Under the pieces are notes generated by a model, which saw nothing but the letters and a program-made list of their open reading frames with translations, had not been told where the DNA came from and did not search any database. A stretch of 18,664 nt of DNA from Tubiluchus corallicola (taxonomy: Eukaryota > Animalia > Priapulida): the NCBI GenBank assembly GCA_030141605.1, contig JAQGDQ010001984.1, forward strand, positions 1-18,664, given 5' to 3'. Below are positions 10,952 to 18,664 of the stretch, piece by piece. How positions within the stretch are numbered: the stretch's first letter is position 1; each line of letters begins with the position of its first letter. Both the position numbers and the translations under genes were made by a program.

Positions 10952-11616
10952 CGGTGACCAGTAGTAAAGTCACTGGAAAAAAGTCACGCAAAAAAGCCCC
11001 AACTTTGTCTAGGAAAAAAGTCACATTTGATTTTGGCTAGTGTTAGGGTTATATCCTTTCTCCTGTGTCTTTTCTCCTGTGCCTTTTCTCCTGTGCCTTT
11101 TCTCCTGTGACGTTTCTCCTGTGCCTTTTCTCCTGTGGCGTTTCTCCTGTGACGTTTCTCCTGTGACTTTTCTCCTGTGCCTTTTCTCCTGTGCCTTTTG
11201 TATGTGCCTTTTCTCCTGTGCCTTTTCTCCTGTGCCTTTTCTCCTGTGACGTTTCTCCTGTGCCTTTTCTCCTGTGACGTTTCTCCTGTGACGTTTCTCC
11301 TGTGACTTTTCTCCTGTGCCTTTTCTCCTGTGCCTTTTGTATGTGCCTTTTCTCCTGTGCCTTTTCTCCTGTGAGGTTTCTCCTGTGCCTTTTCTCTTGT
11401 GACTTTTCTCCTGTGTCTTTTCTCCTGTGAGGTTTCTCCTGTGCCTTTTCTCTTGTGCCTTTTCTCCTGTGTCTTTTCTCCTGTGACTGTTCTCCTGTGC
11501 CTTTTCTCCTGTGACTTTTCTGCTGTGCCTTTTTTCATGTGCCCTTTTCCTGCGCCTTTTCTCGTACACCTTTTCTCTTCTGACTTTTCATCTGCAACTT
11601 TTTTTTCCTGGTTTCA
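10952..11616 (-). mobile_element. Mirror copy of the foldback-like element with an expanded 14-bp minisatellite
   Basis: Same flanks as the left copy. The array is 264 bp longer (17x14 + 2x13 bp) and includes two TGTGCCTTTTGTA variant units. Confidence 0.6.
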
Positions 11617-12575
11617 TGAAAACATCCCACAAAGCAACTCATTGTCCAAAAGCAAATTAAAGAAGTCTGCTTTGTGGCCCCACGTTGAATTTGAGCGCAA
11701 TTCGCAAGACCCTCTGTTAAATAAACGACCCAGGAACCGTTGAACCACCCATCTATTTCTAGCTATGATGCAGAAAATGAACGGTTCACTTTGTTAAAGA
11801 ATGTCTTCTAAACGTCTGCTAATCAACTCAGGAGAGTTCCTCAGCATCAAGTCGCATCAGTAATGAGCAAGTAAAAGATCAATTGCTAATGACTCTCCGT
11901 TAACACAAGTACATGCTTGCCTGGTTAATTATGTTAATGATGATGATGCTGTTGATAGACGGTAACATCAGTGGCCGCAGCCACAACAGCTATGACGATA
12001 AAAATTATTACGATGGTGATGCTGACGACGACGACCGCGAGAGTGACGAGAAAGAGTTGTTCGTCATTTCTGTACTGCTTCTTGCTGCTTATTTTGGATA
12101 GAGCACCCTCGTTTTTTGTCAGCCCCCTAATGAAGTCCATTGAAAATTCGCGAGCCGTCAAGAAATCAGTTAGAAATTCTGCAAGTCTGTCGACTAGCGA
12201 TAAGACGTAAGTAGATTCGGTCCTCATCGCTTCGGCAACACGGGAAACCATCTCCACGAGCAGTTTGGCTACTCAGAATGAGACGAAACGTGTTAACCTT
12301 CTTAACTAACAAATTCCTGACAAACAAAAAGCAAGAAAGTACTAAATTTCCTGGCGAGAACAACTGTGGTGGTGCAATTAATCAATTACTTCCCTTAATG
12401 AGGAGGATGTTAGTCCTGGATCCGCCAAAGTAATAAAAAAGGAAATCAGCTTGGGGAGGATTTCAAGCAAACTCGAAATTGATGTCTGCTATGAAACTTG
12501 ACTTGGAAACTTGTTGATAAAACAAATTAGCAGTTTAGCCATTTCTGCAGGATGAAAATATCAGATTTTGGAGCG

Positions 12576-12601
12576 TATATATATATATATATATATATAT
12601 A
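12576..12601. repeat. (TA)n microsatellite, mirror copy
   Basis: Pure TA run. Confidence 0.95.
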
Positions 12602-12681
12602 CATCCTCTTTACCCCAGTCTGTCTTGAACTTCTTCATGTACCTTGCAGAAACATTAGTTACTGGAGCCTTCTTTCTCTAA

Positions 12682-12705
12682 CCTCACCTCACCTCCTCTC
12701 TCTCT

Positions 12706-12746
<41 letters not shown>

Positions 12747-13202
12747 GCTCTCTCTCTCATCTCTCTGTCTCTCTCTGTATCCCTCTCCCTCTCTTTCTTT
12801 TTCTCCTCTCTCTCTCTCACTCACTCCCTCCCTCCCTCCCTCTGTCTCTCTCTTTCTTTTTCTCCCCTCTCTCTCTCACTCTCTCTGTCTTTCTCCCTCA
12901 TCTCTCTGTCTCTCTCTCTCGCTCGCGCGCTCTCTCTCTCCTTCTTTCTCTCTCTCTCTCTCTCTCTCTCTCCTTCTTTCTCTCTCTCCCTCCCCTCACT
13001 CCCCCTCTCTCTCTCCTTCCTCTCTCTGTCTCTCTCTCCCTCCCCCCTCTCTCTCTCCCTCATCTCTCTGTTTCTTTCTCTTTCTCTCGCTCTCTCTCCC
13101 TCCCCTCCCTCCCCCTCTGTCTTCCTCCCTCTCTGTGTCTCTCTCGCTCTCTCTCTCTCTGTCTCTCTCTCTCTTTCCCCTCTCTCTCTCTCTCGCTCTC
13201 TC
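12682..13202 (-). repeat. Compound (CT)n microsatellite, mirror of 3134-3636, 18 bp longer
   Basis: Reverse complement of the left-arm tract. The coordinate sum shifts from 16318 to 16336 across it. Confidence 0.97.
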
Positions 13203-13726
13203 AGCTGTATTACGTTCATATTAGCTAATAGATGAAACATTGGGTTCGTAAACTTAAGCTAACAAATTGTTTTGCCAACAACACACAGGGTTAATAAACC
13301 GCTCATAAATCATCGTATAACCTTTTGGCTAGAAGTATTGAATTTTACGGTTTATTTGCTTCATTCGAGCATTCAAAGAAAGAGGCAACTCCGTGTTCCA
13401 GGGAATAGAATTACTTTCTAAAATTGTACCATTCTGCAATCCCTGAAGAATTTTTAATATGGGGTTCCTGTAAAATTAAACAACCACATTGTCAGAAACT
13501 TATTTCCGAAGAAAGCAAATTACTATTTGCTATGTATAAATAACTATTGAAGTACTTAAAGAAAGAGTACTTCTGTACTTTTATTGTACAAGTACGTACA
13601 TAGGAAATTGTCTTATCGCATCCTTAACCGTGTAATTGTTTAATGAATAGGCCTGGTATAAAGTCCAACGCTGGAAATAATTCCTTGGGAAAAACCTGGC
13701 GGCCGTGATAGTTGACGGAGCAGGTC

Positions 13727-14069
13727 TTTCCCCCACGTTTAGAGGCAAAGCTGTCTCTTAACTTAATGTGTACTAACTGTAGTTAAAGGGAAGTAAAGTT
13801 TTCTCCACGTTTAGAGGCAAAGCTGTCTCTTAACTTAATATGTACCAACTGTAGTTAAAGGGAAGTAAAGTTTTCGCCACGTTTAGAGGCAAAGCTGTCT
13901 CTTAACCTGATATGTACTAACTGTAGTTAAAGGGAAGTAAAGTTTTCCCCACATTTAGAGGCAAAGCTATCTCTTCACTTGATATGTACTAACTGTAGTT
14001 AAGGGAAAGTTAGTTTTTTCCCCACATTAAGATGCAAATCTTTCTCTAAACTTAATAAAGACACTGTAG
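13727..14069 (+). repeat. 72-bp tandem repeat, ~4.7 units
   Basis: CTGTAGTT restarts at 13777, 13849, 13921 and 13993. Confidence 0.95.
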
Positions 14070-15191
14070 GTGTCGGGGTAGAAATTCTCATGATTAAATA
14101 TTGAATTGTAAAATGTTGTGACGTCAACTAACACTTATATATTTACAGATTGTATGTTATGAAGTGATAATGTAAATAAGTACATCATGATGTTTTAACT
14201 CATTTGTTTATTGCTATTGCTTTTGTATTATTATTTACAAGTATACACAGGTGACACGACAATGGACATCAAACACTAATAATACTTTTCTAGAACAAAC
14301 TTCAGATTTTAATATTCAGTCAAATGCATTAAACGAAAAATAAAAACAAATTTTATCCTTGTTCTCGACACATCAAGTCATCAACATTTCAAGTTTTTCT
14401 TAAATATGTTATTTCAATTTTTCTCTGCTTCTCAGTCATAACGTCCACCTAGTGACGTTCGAGCTCTCTACCCTCGGTTTACAAGGTTCTATTTCCGACA
14501 TTTACATGATAAAACGGAAATCTTTGATAGACTCCTTTGCAAATATTGTAAAATAAAATTTATTATTGGCATAATTATGTTGTATCCAAATATCCTGATG
14601 TTTAATTGTTCTGCAAAATCGGGTTCAGTTTATTGCTGTACCGAAATTTCCAATGGTACAACTCATACGCAAACTAGACCTAGATGTGCTCACACAGATG
14701 AAAATCTTGTCTAGAATTATAATGACAAATTTCAGTTCTATGTTGATTAGCGATTTGGCACATTACGCAATAATTTTAATAGCTGCAAATGCATTTTCTC
14801 TGGTTGTAAGTTTGACAATCTTAGTAACATCGTATTAGCTATACATATATTTAACACTGTATCATTAACGCATCAACGTGATATATATATATATATATGT
14901 ACTTGTGACAAAGCTAAACTTCGTCTGCAACTAGATGCCCAGTTATGGAAATTTGTATTTTTAAAATAGATGATCACCAAAGTAAGCTAGGCCAGTGGTG
15001 CATGGCGATAATGCTGGCTAGAAAACCCAGTCTGGCAGAGTGACATGTGGATTTTTGTCTGATAATCATAGTAAAACTAAATGTGAATTTGGACTGTATT
15101 TCATTTAAGCTGTGTGCTGTACCTCAGCTTTCACTTGCTTCCGTACTACACTATCAAATAGCCGTGAGTGTCACTCGACCTCACTGCATAC
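13849..15191 (+). repeat. Direct repeat of 1-1346 (third copy of the triplicated segment plus most of spacer 1)
   Basis: 13849 CTGTAGTTAAAGGGAAG matches position 1. The match continues through CACCAAAGTAAGCTAGG and ends at TCACTGCATAC (1346/15191), after which the sequences diverge (CAAATG vs TAGTCG). Confidence 0.96.
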
Positions 15192-15195
15192 TAGT
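15161..15195 (+). mobile_element. Possible Helitron-like 3' terminus (GC-rich hairpin, then CTAG|T)
   Basis: GCCGTGAG-TGTCACTCGAC-CTCACTGC forms a stem-loop, followed by ATA CTAG T. No 5' end or Rep/helicase sequence was identified. Confidence 0.4.
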
Positions 15196-15799
15196 CGCCT
15201 GGGTCGCTGCAAAAAGCAAAAATCACAACAAGGCAAATTTAGTAGCGCTTCAGTGGTTAGCACATTTCTGTAGTGGTCATCACGTTAGACATTGAAATCA
15301 CTTGAAATTTAACCCCCACCCCTCAGCTAGTTGAGTAAACCTCACGTCTACACGTATAGCTTCAACATAAAGGCGCGCCCCTATAAGAGCTGCCCTGAAA
15401 TATCACATATTTATGAGCATGCAAAATGCGAGCCCGCGGCGACAGTCTTCATACAAATTCTCCTGTATTATGGCATTGTGGCTTCCATAATTGCTTGTCA
15501 TACAAACTTGCGCATTGCCTATTGGATGTTATAATTCCGCCTTGCCAATTCTGTCGAATTACACGAAATTAATTTTGTATCGAATGTCCGTAGTGGCACC
15601 TAATTTATTCGCGCATAAAGTTTTATGGCTTGGAAGATGAGTTTCATGCTCGAGAGCACGCTTTGAGAAAGAAAAAGAAGATTAAGCGTTGTGGGGTTAA
15701 ATTAAGCGCAACGTGTAACATTGCTTCACTTAAATGGTTTAATGAACAGAAATTCGACTCGAACAGAATCATTAATTAAGCCTAAGCTTAATTGCAGTA

Positions 15800-17190
<1,391 letters not shown>

Positions 17191-17496
17191 ATATATTTCG
17201 ATAGTTTCGATTTAAAATCCTACACATAGAATGTGACAATCATATACGTCATAAGGACTGCTACAAAAAACCTGTAACTTGTAAGGTAACAGACGTGGCA
17301 ACCACAGGAAAAAACTGAATATTCAATGTGATACAAGAGTCGTTGTAAGTGATACACACTCAGATAGTACAAATATCCTACATGATCAGTACTGTGGTCA
17401 TGCAGCGCCCCCTATTTTCACTCAGTATTATCGATAATATTCAATATAATAAGTCTTTTTTCTTTAGTTCTTTCTTTATACTTGTATGGAACCAGT

Positions 17497-17638
17497 GCAC
17501 GTGAGGGTAGTACTGTTTGCTTCACAGCCCAGCACACCGCGCTGCATCAATGCGGTGTTTGGCTGTTGTGCGCATGTCTGAGCCAGGTAGAAAAAGTACT
17601 GTCGCTCACGCTGTTTGTTGTCAGTTGTCCCGTGCTTA
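17497..17638 (+). repeat. Short dispersed element (~140 bp) with imperfect 8-bp terminal inverted repeats and an internal hairpin; homologue of the palindrome spacer
   Basis: GCACGTGA (17497) ... TCCCGTGC (17635). Internal stem ACAGCC..ACACCGC / GCGGTGT..GGCTGT. Two AGTACTGT..GC(T)TCAC direct repeats. Confidence 0.88.
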
Positions 17639-17876
17639 TCCTGAACGGCTGAAGCTTGGACTGCGACAATTTGGGCTATTAGTAACTAGTAATCAAAAAT
17701 ATTTTTTTGTTTTGGATTTTATCAACTTAATGTATAAACTTTCGTATGTTTGTTTGTTTAAAATTACAATTATAACATTAAAATTACATAAATTATAATT
17801 ATATTTATTTCATTTTACACAATATTAAAACAATTGCTTAAAATTTTCTGAAGCCGCACCCCCACTAATTTGAACT

Positions 17877-17890
17877 ACGAGCCGCCACTG
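17877..17890 (-). mobile_element. Possible single terminal inverted repeat of a DNA transposon (CAGTGGCGGCTCGT on the minus strand)
   Basis: ACGAGCCGCCACTG resembles CAGTGGCG-type termini of hAT-like non-autonomous elements. No partner end was found in the window. Confidence 0.35.
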
Positions 17891-18406
17891 CGCATGACAC
17901 AAGAATCATAGTGACGTTTAAAAGACGGGCATTTAATCAATGATTCCATGACAATTCTTTTCAAAATCAAGTTTCAAGAGTAAAAGCAAATTTCCATTTT
18001 ATTAATTAATAATGTTGACATCAAGAGTTTTAAAGATGACAGGTATTAAATTGCTTTAATTGGCATACGTACAGCAATCAGGTGAATTACATGAGTCACG
18101 ACAAGAAGAGAGAGACTAGGCCTAATAGGTCCTCTCTCTTCTTTATCTACGCGGCCATAATTTTTACTATTAAACAAATAAAATTTAAAGGACAAGAAAA
18201 GGGGCACCTGAAGTAGGTTTCAGAAAATTCGCCTTAAAAAATTATATTACTTTATTACAATTTTATATAGTACTCTCGTTAAAAATATTTTTTGTTTGTT
18301 TTCATTTTAAATTTCCCGCGATACTGTTCCGACAGTGCCATTACATGACGTCACTACGCGGGTGTAAATGATGGGAAGAAAAGTAAATGTTAAACTATAT
18401 CCCAAA

Positions 18407-18638
18407 AACTTTCCAAGCAAAATTATATTACTTTGCATTTCGTTTACCTGCTTGAAAGACTTATGTAACTAGAAAAGAAAATTATTAATTATTTAAAATG
18501 CTTTCACTAATGGTGTAAATGTCGTTGAGTCACCTCCAGGGTGCGCCACTCACTAAACAAAAACGTATTTTAATCTTATTGACAACATACAGTAATTTCA
18601 AATTTTACTTAGTTAGTGACGTGTGCGCTACGAATGCT
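18407..18638 (+). repeat. Diverged interspersed repeat fragment with a ~40-bp insertion relative to 10070-10258
   Basis: Same colinear blocks; the extra sequence lies around 18510-18555. Confidence 0.8.
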
Positions 18639-18664
18639 GACGCAGTGTTGTCTAAACTTGTTTC

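Larger units (their letters stand above)
1367..14974. repeat. Giant inverted repeat (palindrome): left arm 1367-7945, right arm 8108-14974, non-palindromic spacer 7946-8107
   Basis: The arms are reverse complements, e.g. TATTTAAGCACGTGA ending at 7945 and TCACGTGCTTAAATA starting at 8108. ORFs from 1497 to 7644 have mirror ORFs on the opposite strand (7405+8648=16053; 1497+14838=16335). The 288-bp length difference is accounted for by VNTR (+264), GA tract (+18), AT tract (+6) and two offsetting 1-bp indels. Confidence 0.98.

Noticed and set aside
10984-11569. KRHRRKGTGEKAQE repeat proteins (and 4749-5070)
   Set aside because: The 14-aa period is simply three 14-bp units; several frames are open and the length differs between arms.
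12552-12575. MKISDFG resembling the kinase DFG motif (also 3743-3766 minus)
   Set aside because: There is an in-frame stop at 12528, no HRD motif upstream, and the frame runs straight into a TA microsatellite; probably chance, although a micro-exon cannot be excluded.

Overview
AT-rich, microsatellite-rich DNA that looks eukaryotic, probably an invertebrate animal (inference). No protein-coding gene can be supported: the ORF track consists of short ORFs, their mirror copies and repeat translations. The dominant feature is structural. A ~13.6 kb near-perfect palindrome (arms 1367-7945 and 8108-14974, 162-bp spacer) overlaps a second palindrome (arms 1-1124, truncated by the window edge, and 1365-2486; 240-bp spacer). 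The first ~1.1 kb is therefore present three times as forward/inverted/forward, an inverted-triplication layout, and 1-1346 recurs directly at 13849-15191. The spacer of the large palindrome is a copy of a small dispersed element also found at 17497-17638. That second copy already carries the short terminal inverted repeat (GCACGTGA...TCCCGTGC) at which the palindrome arms meet, which suggests a fold-back origin. The other junction falls at a Helitron-like hairpin+CTAG end. The arms contain a solo LTR, a foldback-like element with a 14-bp VNTR that is 19 units longer in one arm, a 72-bp tandem repeat and GA/AT microsatellites. The three copies show a mosaic, gene-conversion-like mismatch pattern. 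A ~1.4 kb TAG/CAG/CTG tract and diverged repeat fragments follow. An amplification or assembly artefact cannot be excluded from sequence alone.
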